Shown in pieces: positions 47,561 through 57,459 of a stretch of 64,000 nt of DNA (position 1 is its first letter; each line of letters begins with the position of its first letter). The notes beneath the pieces were generated by a model. It did no database searches and was not told the origin of the DNA. It worked only from the letters and a program-made list of their open reading frames with translations. The stretch is taken from IMG/VR virus record IMGVR_UViG_3300035181_002522, positions 1 through 64,000 of that record; one strand, 5' to 3'. The stretch is from a virus. Made by a program: the position numbers and the translations under genes.

Positions 47561-47882
47561 TGGATCAAGAACCCAAATATTATGTCTATACGTATAGTTT
47601 TTCTAATGGGCAACCTTTTTATGTTGGAAAAGGTACCGGAAATAGATGTTTTAGACATTTATCATTAGCACGTAATAATAAATTATTTTCAGATGTAATT
47701 ATACAAACTAATGAAATTTTAAAATCAGATGAAGAATCTATCATTACAAAACTAATACAAAATATTGATGAAGAACTTGCATTTTTATTGAGGAAGAATT
47801 TATTTCAAAATATGGAAGAGGTTCTGCAATGAAAAGACATCATTTTGATAATTGTAAACAACATAAGGAGCTTGAACAATGA
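47560..47882 (+). pseudogene. frameshifted, shortened GIY-YIG endonuclease
   Basis: YYVYTY...PFYVGKG..R motif; frameshift in the T run near 47785 leads to EEEFISKYGR...MKRHHFDNCK in another frame. Confidence 0.7.
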
Positions 47883-49273
47883 GTTCATTAGCCGTTAAAA
47901 ATTTACAGGTCGGAGTATCACCAAAGTCAAGTGAAAATTTTCACTTGACTTCAGATGGCGCTGGCTCTCTTTCATTGAATCGTGGAACGACTGGCGCCGC
48001 AATTTCAACGGTGTTAAGTGTTGATAGCAGCAATAACGTCACGATTAATAACGATTTTACAAATTTAACTGGTAATTTTAAAGTAGCTACTCCGTTGAGT
48101 TCAGAGTTAACTAAAGCTGCAACAACAGCTTATACTAAAGCTCAAGCTGAAGCATTATATTCCTACAAAAAAGTTCTAGGAATTCAAAGCGCGGCAACAA
48201 ATGGTAATTTGGGAACGGCGTTGGCATTTGATAGTTCAGGCAATTTGTATTGGGCAGTTACTAATTATTTTAATGGAACAGCAAATACAGCGTTAACTAG
48301 CTATGTGTATAAAATTACTCCAGCGGGGCAATTGTCTACGTTTACCTCAGTATCATTAACAGGGGCGACTGGAACAGCATTGGCATTTGATAGTTCAGGT
48401 AACTTGTATTGGGCCGTTGCGCTGTATACAAATGGCTCTGGAACTTGGGCTTACACTTCTAACGTATATAAAATTACTCCGGCTGGCACTCAAACTACAT
48501 TTGCATCTCAAGCGACAACTGGCGCAACATCAACGGCATTGGCATTTGATAATTCAGGTAATTTGTATTGGGCAATCACCAATAATTACAATGGCAGCAC
48601 TTATAATTTAACATCGAATGTTTATCAGATTACTCCAGCTGGAACTAAAACGACTTTTGGCACCGCATCGACGATTGCTGGAGCTGGAACAGCATTGGCA
48701 TTTGATAGTTCAGGTAATTTATATTGGGCGGTAATTAATGGTGGTACCGCTGGTAGTTATTCTCAGTTGAGTTATATCTACAAAATAACTTCTGCGGGCA
48801 CACAAACAACTTTTACATCAATTACTTCAATTGGCGGTGCTGGAACAGCTTTAATATTTGATAGTTCAGGTAATTTATTTTGGGCGGTAATTAATAATTA
48901 TAACGGCTCAACTACAGCTTTAACTTCATATGTTTATAAAGTTTTAGCTAATGCAACGACAAGTGTTTTCGCTTCATTTCAGACGTCAAATGGAAATAAT
49001 GTTTCAATTGATAAAGATTCATCAAATACATTATATTTGGCAGTCACAAATAATGTGGTAGCTAATGTTGGTGCAACAAATCTTTTATACAAGCTAACTT
49101 CAACCGGAACAATTTCAATATTAGCCGCTCAGTCATTAGCCGGTTCAAAAGCTGCTGCAGTAAAATTTGACAATGTTGGAAATTTATATTGGTCAAATAC
49201 TGCGTATAATGATGGTTCTACTTTTAATAAAACCAGTTATTTAAACTGCTTGTATAAAACCCAAGTTAAATAA
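47879..49273 (+). CDS. virion protein with ~7-bladed beta-propeller (paralog 1)
   Basis: ~50-aa repeats GTALAFDSSGNLYWAV.N.YNG....SYVYKITPAG. Confidence 0.8.
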   Translation: MSSLAVKNLQVGVSPKSSENFHLTSDGAGSLSLNRGTTGAAISTVLSVDSSNNVTINNDFTNLTGNFKVATPLSSELTKAATTAYTKAQAEALYSYKKVLGIQSAATNGNLGTALAFDSSGNLYWAVTNYFNGTANTALTSYVYKITPAGQLSTFTSVSLTGATGTALAFDSSGNLYWAVALYTNGSGTWAYTSNVYKITPAGTQTTFASQATTGATSTALAFDNSGNLYWAITNNYNGSTYNLTSNVYQITPAGTKTTFGTASTIAGAGTALAFDSSGNLYWAVINGGTAGSYSQLSYIYKITSAGTQTTFTSITSIGGAGTALIFDSSGNLFWAVINNYNGSTTALTSYVYKVLANATTSVFASFQTSNGNNVSIDKDSSNTLYLAVTNNVVANVGATNLLYKLTSTGTISILAAQSLAGSKAAAVKFDNVGNLYWSNTAYNDGSTFNKTSYLNCLYKTQVK

Positions 49274-49284
49274 GGAGCTTCTTA

Positions 49285-50682
49285 ATGAGTACAATAAAAG
49301 CAGCGGAAGCCCAATTTGGACATTCGCCTGATAATTTAGATAATTTTACATTATCTGCAACCGGCCAAGGAATTTTTAACCTGTATAATGGTAGCGCTGG
49401 TTTTTCAAACGGGAATGTACTGTCAGTTCAATCAACAAACAATATTACTGCAACTAATGATATTAGTATTGCCAGTAAGCTAGATGTTCCGACAGCAAGT
49501 TTAAGTAAGACTGGAAATAATGTAGCCAATGTTGCTTATGTTAACAATGCTATAAATCAATATTGCAAATATGTTGTCCCAGTTGCTAATTATAAGCAAA
49601 TAGCAACTAATGGTGGTCATTATGCAGGAATGGTATTTGATAGCGTAGGCAACTTATTCATTGCTGTTGCAAATTACACAGATGGAACAATATATAATGT
49701 GACATCTTATATCTACAAGATGACACCTGATGGTACAATTACGCAATTTGCCTCAGTAGTTGGCAATGGGGCTTATAATACCGCATTAGCAATTGACACC
49801 GCAGATAATTTATATTGGGCAATTACTAATGTTAGTAATGGAGCAACTTATAATACAACAAGTTATCTCTATAAAGTTACTTCTGGTGGCACATTAACTA
49901 CGCTAAATAGTATAACCACTAATCGTCCGTATGGAACTGCATTATTATTAGTCGGAACCAATTTATATTGGGCAGTAACTAATAATTATAATGGTACGAC
50001 TTATACTCAAACTAGTTACGTGTACAAATATGATATTTTAAACAGTACATTTACAACATTTGCTAGTACAACAACTTTAGGCGCATCATTTACTAGTTTA
50101 ATTAAAGATAGTTCAAATAATATCTACTGGAGCGTGGCAAATACTTATTCTGGTTCATCTTATTCTATTACTTCATATGTTTATAAAATAACTCCAGCGG
50201 GTTCACTTTCTATATTCAGTTCAACTGCAACTATTGGTAGTATTGGTAGTGCTTTAGCAATTGATGAAAATGATAATGTATACTGGGCCGTTGCAAACCA
50301 ATTCGACGGCGTATCTTATACACAACAAAGTTTTGTGTATAAGATAACAAGCGCAGGCGTTCAATCAACTATCGCAAGTAAATTAGCAACTGGAGCAACT
50401 GGAACATCTTTAGTATTTGACAGCGCAGGTAATTTATATTGGGCAATAGCACTTTCTAACAATGGGACGACTTCGAATCGAATTAGTTACATTTATAGGA
50501 TTGAATCAACTGGAGAAACTACAACAGTGTTTAATATTTCTACTAATGGAGTTTCTCAATTACCAATGATTGTTGATTTTAATGATAATATCTTTGTATT
50601 TGCTCCAAATTACTATAATGATTCAGTGTATACGCTTAATAGTACGCTAAATGTGTTATACGCCCACAACTACACTGCTTAA
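49285..50682 (+). CDS. virion protein with ~7-bladed beta-propeller (paralog 2)
   Basis: Same repeats and architecture, 465 aa. Confidence 0.8.
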   Translation: MSTIKAAEAQFGHSPDNLDNFTLSATGQGIFNLYNGSAGFSNGNVLSVQSTNNITATNDISIASKLDVPTASLSKTGNNVANVAYVNNAINQYCKYVVPVANYKQIATNGGHYAGMVFDSVGNLFIAVANYTDGTIYNVTSYIYKMTPDGTITQFASVVGNGAYNTALAIDTADNLYWAITNVSNGATYNTTSYLYKVTSGGTLTTLNSITTNRPYGTALLLVGTNLYWAVTNNYNGTTYTQTSYVYKYDILNSTFTTFASTTTLGASFTSLIKDSSNNIYWSVANTYSGSSYSITSYVYKITPAGSLSIFSSTATIGSIGSALAIDENDNVYWAVANQFDGVSYTQQSFVYKITSAGVQSTIASKLATGATGTSLVFDSAGNLYWAIALSNNGTTSNRISYIYRIESTGETTTVFNISTNGVSQLPMIVDFNDNIFVFAPNYYNDSVYTLNSTLNVLYAHNYTA

Positions 50683-50691
50683 GGGAATATC

Positions 50692-52089
50692 ATGAGTGTT
50701 TTAAAAACAACTAAAACCCAAATCGGATTAAGTGGCTCTGCTGTTAATAACTTTGTTTTAATAAGTGATGAAACCGTTGGGTCATTATCATTAAATCGTG
50801 GCACAACTAATACTGTATATTCTAATGTGCTATCAATTGATAGCACTAAAAAGTTAGCTATTACTGGCAATCTAACTATCAGCGGGAATGCTAAAGTGGC
50901 AACAGCGCCAATTAATGATAATTCTACAAAGGTTGCAAATGCCGCGTTTGTAAAAAGTCAATTAGATTATTCTGTTGCACAATATGGTCAACCACAGCAG
51001 TTAACTTCAGCTGCAAACAATGGAAGTATTGCCTCTGCTGTCGTGTTAGATTCAGCTGGAAACATTTATTGGGCAATTGGAAATTACTATAATGGTTCAA
51101 CATATTCATTAACAAGCTACATCTATAAATTAGCTGTTAATGGTACTTTATCTACATTTGCTTCAGTTGCGACGATTGGCTGTTATGCAACTGCTTTAGC
51201 GATTGATAGTAATGATGTTCTTTATTGGGCAGTTAGTAATTCTTATAACGGAACAACTTATACACAAACTAGCTATGTGTACAAGATAACTCCTGATGCT
51301 ACATTATCAACACTGGCATCAGCTACAACTCAAGCTGGAGTTAGTTGTGATTTGACGTTTGATAGTTCAGGCAATTTGTATTGGGCAGTTGTTAATTATT
51401 ACAATGGAACAACTTATGTGCAAACTAGCTATGTGTATAAGATAGATGTAAACACAGGAACAACCGTAACTTTCGCTTCTGCCACAAATACTGGCGCATA
51501 TGGTACGGCTATTAAATTTGATAGTTTAGGCAACTTGTATTGGGCAGTTTCTAATTATTATACTGGAAGTGGTTCAGTTTATACTCAACCTAGTTATGTT
51601 TATAAAATAACTCCTGGCGGCGTTTTATCTACTATTGCTACTACTACAACAATTGGAGCTCAAACTCCAAGCTTAGTATTTGACTCAGTTGGTAATCTAT
51701 TTTGGGGAATTCCATTTGCGACTGATGGTACTAATGTTGTACAAAATAGCAAAATATTTAAGATTGATAAAAACAATACATTGACTACATTTGCAACATT
51801 TACAACTAAAACAGGGTCAGCCGTTAAATTAATTATCGATCAAAATGACACTTTATATTGTGCAGTTGCAAATCAATATGATGGTACAACGTACACACAG
51901 AATGCAGTGATTTATAAAATAACGGCCGCTGGAAATTTAACTCAATTAGATAACACTATAACTCAAGGTTTAACTCGCACGGCAATTGCATTTGATAATA
52001 ATAAAAATATCATTTGGTCAATTCCAAATTATTTTAATGGAACTACTAGAGCTCTAACAAGTTATTTGAACATTCTGTATAGAATATAA
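50692..52089 (+). CDS. virion protein with ~7-bladed beta-propeller (paralog 3)
   Basis: Same repeats and architecture, 465 aa. Confidence 0.8.
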   Translation: MSVLKTTKTQIGLSGSAVNNFVLISDETVGSLSLNRGTTNTVYSNVLSIDSTKKLAITGNLTISGNAKVATAPINDNSTKVANAAFVKSQLDYSVAQYGQPQQLTSAANNGSIASAVVLDSAGNIYWAIGNYYNGSTYSLTSYIYKLAVNGTLSTFASVATIGCYATALAIDSNDVLYWAVSNSYNGTTYTQTSYVYKITPDATLSTLASATTQAGVSCDLTFDSSGNLYWAVVNYYNGTTYVQTSYVYKIDVNTGTTVTFASATNTGAYGTAIKFDSLGNLYWAVSNYYTGSGSVYTQPSYVYKITPGGVLSTIATTTTIGAQTPSLVFDSVGNLFWGIPFATDGTNVVQNSKIFKIDKNNTLTTFATFTTKTGSAVKLIIDQNDTLYCAVANQYDGTTYTQNAVIYKITAAGNLTQLDNTITQGLTRTAIAFDNNKNIIWSIPNYFNGTTRALTSYLNILYRI

Positions 52090-52128
52090 ATACAGCAATC
52101 AAAGTTAAAACACCAAGGAAATAAAAAC

Positions 52129-52545
52129 ATGGCAAAATTTATTGAAAATAACCAATGGGTAGAGCTACCATTAGAAGTGATTTATCGCTTATTTGATGAT
52201 AGCCAAGTTGGAATACTTCCAACTCAACCTAGAGTAGAGCCAATCACTCTTGAAAATGGCACCTTTATTGATGCTAAGGTTGCTAAAATTGAGTTAGCTA
52301 AAATTGCAATTCAGCGCCATTTAGATGCGTGGGCTAAAGATAAAGGATATGACAGTATCCATACAGCCGCTTTACGTGCGGCATATGATGGTCCTTATAA
52401 AGCTGAAGGTGTTGCTTTTGCGCAATGGATGGACGCAGTTTGGCAAAAAGCTTATGAATTATTAGAGCAGTTCGAAAATGGACAGCTTGTTGAATTAAAT
52501 GAGTCACAATTGATTGCGGCTCTTCCAGCATTTACAGGAGTTTAA
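52129..52545 (+). CDS. tail fibre assembly-like protein
   Basis: IQRHLDAWAKDKGYDSI..A...Y...EG.AF.QWMD.VW...LIAALP family pattern. Confidence 0.7.
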   Translation: MAKFIENNQWVELPLEVIYRLFDDSQVGILPTQPRVEPITLENGTFIDAKVAKIELAKIAIQRHLDAWAKDKGYDSIHTAALRAAYDGPYKAEGVAFAQWMDAVWQKAYELLEQFENGQLVELNESQLIAALPAFTGV

Positions 52546-52546
52546 A

Positions 52547-53350
52547 ATGTCAATTTCAATTTCATCACCAAATTCTAACACCGGCAAGATTCAAGTTAAT
52601 GGTGTTGATCGCATATCAATTGGGACTGATGGAGTATTGACTGGTTCAGCAACTCCTGCACAATTTGATAATAGCACAAAAATTGCAACGACCGCGTTTA
52701 TTCAACGTGCTCTTGGTAGTTATAGAGATGCATTTTCAGTATCAACAACGACTACACTTGATGCAAATAGCATTGGTAAAATTTGTCAAATTTCTAGCGC
52801 TGGTCCTTATACGGTCACATTGCCTTCAGTTGCTGATATTCCGACCGGTGGAGTTATCCAGTTAGTATGTACTGGAACAGGAACTTTTACAATTGCTGCT
52901 CAAGCAAGTCAAAATATTTCTTATGCTTTTAATAGCTCAATCTCAAGTTTTACCATGGTAGCTGGTGATACTGCTACGTTGGTTGAAGGTGGTGGTTTCT
53001 GGAGTATACAAGAAGGTTCTAAGTTGTTGCAATTTTTACCTCAGTTTGGAGCTTCATTAATTAGCAATGGTTATCAAAAACTTCCATCTGGTTTAATTTT
53101 GCAATGGGGCACTAACAGCAACACTGGTGCATCAACTGCCGTTACATTCCCTATCGTGTTTCCATCATTATGTGTCCATTTAAGCTATGGTAGTTTTGCT
53201 AGTGCACTAACTACGGCTGGTAACTATTATCAAATAGCGCATAATAGTGTAACAGCATCTGGATTTAACTGGGGGAGTTTAACATCAGCTGGCGCCGTTA
53301 ATACAACTGCAAGTACATCAACCTTGTCATGGTTAGCGATTGGATATTAA
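52547..53350 (+). CDS. tail fibre protein (paralog of 45742..46779)
   Basis: TPAQFDNSTKIATTAF, NGYQKLPSGLILQWG, WLAIGY; likely start MSISISS. Confidence 0.8.
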   Translation: MSISISSPNSNTGKIQVNGVDRISIGTDGVLTGSATPAQFDNSTKIATTAFIQRALGSYRDAFSVSTTTTLDANSIGKICQISSAGPYTVTLPSVADIPTGGVIQLVCTGTGTFTIAAQASQNISYAFNSSISSFTMVAGDTATLVEGGGFWSIQEGSKLLQFLPQFGASLISNGYQKLPSGLILQWGTNSNTGASTAVTFPIVFPSLCVHLSYGSFASALTTAGNYYQIAHNSVTASGFNWGSLTSAGAVNTTASTSTLSWLAIGY

Positions 53351-53374
53351 TTGATTTAAAAATAGAATACTTAT

Positions 53375-53710
53375 ATGACTATATTTTTTGCAAAATCAGT
53401 AAATGGTTTTTATGATGATGAGATTAATACGATAATTCCAGAGGATGCTAAAGAAATTTCCTCGGAATTTCATATGGCTTTAATTAACGCTCAGGGACTT
53501 GGTAAAATAATAACTTCTAATGAAGAAGGTTATCCAATTTTAGTTGATGCTCCTGAACCAACTGAAGAAGAAATTGCAACTGAAAAAGCTAAAGCTTTGA
53601 AAGCCGAGCTAGAAGCCATTAATTACTTATTTTATGATGAACAAGCTGGAGATGTTCCAGAAGGAACTTGGAAAACTAAACGTGAAGAAATTAAAGCAAA
53701 ATACAAATAA
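53375..53710 (+). CDS. tail fibre assembly chaperone (Tfa-like)
   Basis: FFAKSVNGFY...IPEDAKEIS...L...Q..GK.I....GYPIL.D.PEPT...EIKAKY. Confidence 0.75.
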   Translation: MTIFFAKSVNGFYDDEINTIIPEDAKEISSEFHMALINAQGLGKIITSNEEGYPILVDAPEPTEEEIATEKAKALKAELEAINYLFYDEQAGDVPEGTWKTKREEIKAKYK

Positions 53711-53729
53711 GTTAAATTAGTTTTAGAAA

Positions 53730-53756
53730 AAAGCCGACTAGTTCGGCTTTCTTTTT
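53730..53756 (+). terminator. intrinsic terminator
   Basis: AAAGCCGA-CTAGT-TCGGCTTT-CTTTTT. Confidence 0.75.
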
Positions 53757-53810
53757 GCCTAATGGTTGATAAATAATCATATCTCTCAATCTGATTAAAG
53801 GTTCTAACAT

Positions 53811-55001
53811 ATGTCAGTTCAACTACATGGAACAGCTGGAATTGATGGAGTTTCAATAAATTCATCAACTCCAAATTCTGGCAATTTCACCAGTGTTAAC
53901 ATTTCAACGGGTGTTTTATCGGCAACTACTGGACAAAATTTAAATTTATCAACAAATGGCTCTCAAAAGCTGCGTATTGATACAAATGGAAACTTAAAAT
54001 TATTGGCTGCGGCAGGTTTTCAAAATGCGACTAGTGACGCTTTTTCACCTTATGTCGGGCTTAAAAATAAAATTATCAATGGTGATTTTGACATTTGGCA
54101 ACGCGCAACTGTCCAATCTACTTCTGGTTATGGCAGCAATGACCATTGGGGAGATTATCAAGGTGGTTCAGTTAAAGTTCATTCACGCCAAACATTCCCA
54201 GTTGGGCAGACTGACGTACCAAATAATCCAAAGTACTTTTCTAGAACGACGGTAACTTCAGTTGCAGGAGCTAGTAATTTTATCTTAAAAAATCAATACA
54301 TTGAAGATGTCACTAAATCATCTGGTAAAACATATACTTTGTCATTTTGGGCAAAAGCAGATGCAAGTAAAAATATCGCTGTTGAATTTTTACAATATTT
54401 TGGAACAGGTGGTTCACCGTCAACCACTGTATCAGCACTTGGGATTACAACCTTTGCTTTGACAACAACATGGCAAAAATTCACCACAACTGTGACCTTT
54501 CCATCAGTTTCAGGTAAATTAATAGGAACGAATGGTAATGATGCATATGGAGTTAACTTTTGGTTTGATGCCGGTTCGACTTATAATTCAAGAACTAACT
54601 CATTAGGTCAGCAATCTGGAGTATTTGATTTAGCTCAAGTGCAGCTTGAGGAAGGTAGCGTCGCGACTCCATTTGAAAGTAGACCAATTTCATTGGAAAC
54701 TGCGCTATGTCAACGTTATTATGAACAAATTTATGGTGTGGCGGCTGATGGATTTGGAATAACGGCTAATGTTTCAGTTGGTTGTTCAGCATGGGTTCAA
54801 TTTAATACTCCAAAACGAGTCGTACCTTCAGTTTCAATTAGTGGAACCTGGGCAGTGGTAAATTGTGGTCAACCAACTGGGGCTGGAGCAACAACCACCG
54901 GCGCTAGAATATCAACAACCACTACCGCGTCATTATCACTGTGTTCATTTGCCTCAAATTCAACCGATGATTTTATCATCATTGATGCTGAAATTCAATA
55001 A
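53811..55001 (+). CDS. tail protein with carbohydrate-binding (CBM-like) jelly-roll (paralog 1)
   Basis: NKIINGDFDIWQR...YTLSFWAK...WQKF...QVQLEEGSVATPFE.RP...LCQRYY. Confidence 0.8.
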   Translation: MSVQLHGTAGIDGVSINSSTPNSGNFTSVNISTGVLSATTGQNLNLSTNGSQKLRIDTNGNLKLLAAAGFQNATSDAFSPYVGLKNKIINGDFDIWQRATVQSTSGYGSNDHWGDYQGGSVKVHSRQTFPVGQTDVPNNPKYFSRTTVTSVAGASNFILKNQYIEDVTKSSGKTYTLSFWAKADASKNIAVEFLQYFGTGGSPSTTVSALGITTFALTTTWQKFTTTVTFPSVSGKLIGTNGNDAYGVNFWFDAGSTYNSRTNSLGQQSGVFDLAQVQLEEGSVATPFESRPISLETALCQRYYEQIYGVAADGFGITANVSVGCSAWVQFNTPKRVVPSVSISGTWAVVNCGQPTGAGATTTGARISTTTTASLSLCSFASNSTDDFIIIDAEIQ

Positions 55002-55013
55002 AGGAATTAACTT

Positions 55014-56216
55014 ATGACTTTAACAATTAATGGAACAACTGGAATTGATAATATTGCTGTTGATGCCAATGTAGCTAACACAGGTAATTTTACTACAATT
55101 AACCTATCAACTGGTGTACTATCATCTAACATTGGACAAAATTTAACATTTGGCACTGGTAATTCAAATCAATTACAAATTGATTTGAATGGTAATGTTA
55201 AGCTATTGACAAGTGGTGCCACTTTACAAAATTCAATTGGCCAGAATTATTCGCCATATCACTTAAAAAACAAAGTTATCAATGGCAGCTTTGATATTTG
55301 GCAACGTGGAACAACTCAAACTATTTCTGGTTATGGGTCAGATGACCGCTGGAATAATCAGCATTTAGGTTCAACTAAAACTCATACACGTCAAGCTTTT
55401 ACGTTAGGTCAAACTGATGTTTCTGATAACCCAAAATATTATTCAAGAACAACTATCACATCGGTAGCTGATTCAAATAATTTTACTGCCAAAAGTCATT
55501 CAATTGAAAATGTACTTAAATCAGCTGGTAAAACATATACTTTGTCATTTTGGGCAAAAGCAGATACAAGTAAAAATATTGCCGTCGAATTTTTTCAAAA
55601 CTTTGGAACAGGTGGTTCACCGTCAGCTCAGGTATCAGCGCTTGGTGTTACTACCTTTGCTTTGACGACGGCATGGCAAAAATTCACCACGACTGTGACC
55701 TTTCCATCAATCGCTGGAAAAAAGCTTGGGACTAATAATAATGACACCTTTGGTTTTACTATCTACTTTGAAGCCGGGTCAAATTATAACTCAAGAACTA
55801 ACTCATTAGGTCAGCAATCTGGCACTTTTGATATTGCTCAAACCCAACTTGAAGAAGGTTATGTAGCAACTGAGTTTGAAACAAGGCCTGTTGGATTTGA
55901 ATTACAGCAATGTCAACGTTATTTTGAGGTGATAGGTGGGGTCAATAATGCGTTAACTGGGATTGGATATGGGGCTTCTTCTGGTACTGGTGGTGCTCGT
56001 TGCAATATTTCATTTAAAGCATTAAAGCGTACAACCCCAATGGTTACCAAATTAGGAACCTGGCTTGTTAGCAATGTTGGCCAGCCAACAGCAAATTTCG
56101 TTAGCACTAGCAGCTTAACACTAGATGCTGTATCAACTGGAACAAGTGTTGGTTGTTCTTTTCAATGTGATTCAACCGACGATTTAATAACAATTGACGC
56201 TGAAACAAACGTTTAA
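55014..56216 (+). CDS. tail protein with CBM-like domain (paralog 2)
   Basis: Same motifs as 53811..55001. Confidence 0.8.
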   Translation: MTLTINGTTGIDNIAVDANVANTGNFTTINLSTGVLSSNIGQNLTFGTGNSNQLQIDLNGNVKLLTSGATLQNSIGQNYSPYHLKNKVINGSFDIWQRGTTQTISGYGSDDRWNNQHLGSTKTHTRQAFTLGQTDVSDNPKYYSRTTITSVADSNNFTAKSHSIENVLKSAGKTYTLSFWAKADTSKNIAVEFFQNFGTGGSPSAQVSALGVTTFALTTAWQKFTTTVTFPSIAGKKLGTNNNDTFGFTIYFEAGSNYNSRTNSLGQQSGTFDIAQTQLEEGYVATEFETRPVGFELQQCQRYFEVIGGVNNALTGIGYGASSGTGGARCNISFKALKRTTPMVTKLGTWLVSNVGQPTANFVSTSSLTLDAVSTGTSVGCSFQCDSTDDLITIDAETNV

Positions 56217-56229
56217 CAAGGAATAGAAT

Positions 56230-57429
56230 ATGACAATTCAACTTACAGGGACTGGTATTGATAATGCTGGAATAAATCCAATTACGCCAAAGAGTGGGCA
56301 ATTCACAGTGTTGAATACTACTGGCAGTGTTTCAGCAGCAATTGGTCAAAATTTTGTCTTTAATACTAATGGAACTAATAAAGCGCAAATAGATACGACC
56401 GGTAATTTAAAGCTTTTGACTTCAACGGCGGCATTTCAAAATACGATTGGTGATGCAATTTCTCCATATGGGGCATTTAGAAATAAAATCATAAATGGAA
56501 ATTTTGACTTTTGGCAGCGTGGTACAACTCAATCGGCATTTTCAGGATATGGAAGTGATGACCGTTGGGTAAATTCTCATGCCGGTTCTTCAAAGGTTCA
56601 TTCACAACAAGCCTTTACAATTGGCCAAACTGCGGTTCCAAATAATCCAAAGTACTTTTCAAGAACAGTGGTATCATCAATTGCGGGAGCTAGCAATTTT
56701 GTTGTTAAAGCTCATTACATTGAAGATGTATCAAAGTTGTCTGGTAAAACTTTAACTTTATCTTTCTGGGGTAAAGCTGATACAAATCGAAATATTGCAA
56801 TTGATTTTTCACAGTACTTTGGTTCAACTGGGTCACCATCAGCTCAAGTTAATTTTGGTTCAACTATATTTGCACTTACTTCAAGTTGGCAGAAATTTAC
56901 AACAACCGTTAGTTTTCCATCAGTTGCTGGTAAAACATTAGGAACTGACACAAACAATGATAGAAATGTCATCAATTTTTGGTTTGATGCTGGTTCAACT
57001 TATAATTCAAGAACTAACTCATTAGGTCAGCAATCTGGCACTTTTGATATTGCTCAAGTACAGCTTGAAGAGGGCAACATAGCAACTCCATTTGAAACTC
57101 GACCACAAGAAGTTGAATTTGCTTTATGCCAACGTTATTATGAAATAGTTGGTGGTGCAGTAAACACTGTAGCGGCAAATGGATACTGTGTTTCTTCAGG
57201 TTCTGGTGGAGCGGCACTTTGGATAAGCTATAGTGTTTCTAAAAGAATCACCCCAATAGTAACTAAAAATGGTACATGGTTTGTTAGCAATGTTAGTCAA
57301 CCAACGGTTAATGGAATAACAACTGAAGGATTTAAGCTTGGTGCTGTTTCAACTGCGACTAATACAGGCTGTACTTTTTATTGCGATTCAACAGATGACT
57401 TTATAACAATAGATGCTGAATTTGTTTAA
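56230..57429 (+). CDS. tail protein with CBM-like domain (paralog 3)
   Basis: Same motifs as 53811..55001. Confidence 0.8.
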   Translation: MTIQLTGTGIDNAGINPITPKSGQFTVLNTTGSVSAAIGQNFVFNTNGTNKAQIDTTGNLKLLTSTAAFQNTIGDAISPYGAFRNKIINGNFDFWQRGTTQSAFSGYGSDDRWVNSHAGSSKVHSQQAFTIGQTAVPNNPKYFSRTVVSSIAGASNFVVKAHYIEDVSKLSGKTLTLSFWGKADTNRNIAIDFSQYFGSTGSPSAQVNFGSTIFALTSSWQKFTTTVSFPSVAGKTLGTDTNNDRNVINFWFDAGSTYNSRTNSLGQQSGTFDIAQVQLEEGNIATPFETRPQEVEFALCQRYYEIVGGAVNTVAANGYCVSSGSGGAALWISYSVSKRITPIVTKNGTWFVSNVSQPTVNGITTEGFKLGAVSTATNTGCTFYCDSTDDFITIDAEFV

Positions 57430-57433
57430 ATGT

Positions 57434-57459
57434 AAAAAGGGCTGTTAAGCCCTTTTTTT
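57434..57459. terminator. bidirectional intrinsic terminator between convergent genes
   Basis: AAAAAGGGCT-GTTA-AGCCCTTTTTTT. Confidence 0.75.

Noticed and set aside
47879-57429. Diversity-generating retroelement acting on the tail paralogs
   Set aside because: No reverse transcriptase in the window, the repeats are all within coding paralogs, and differences are not confined to adenines.
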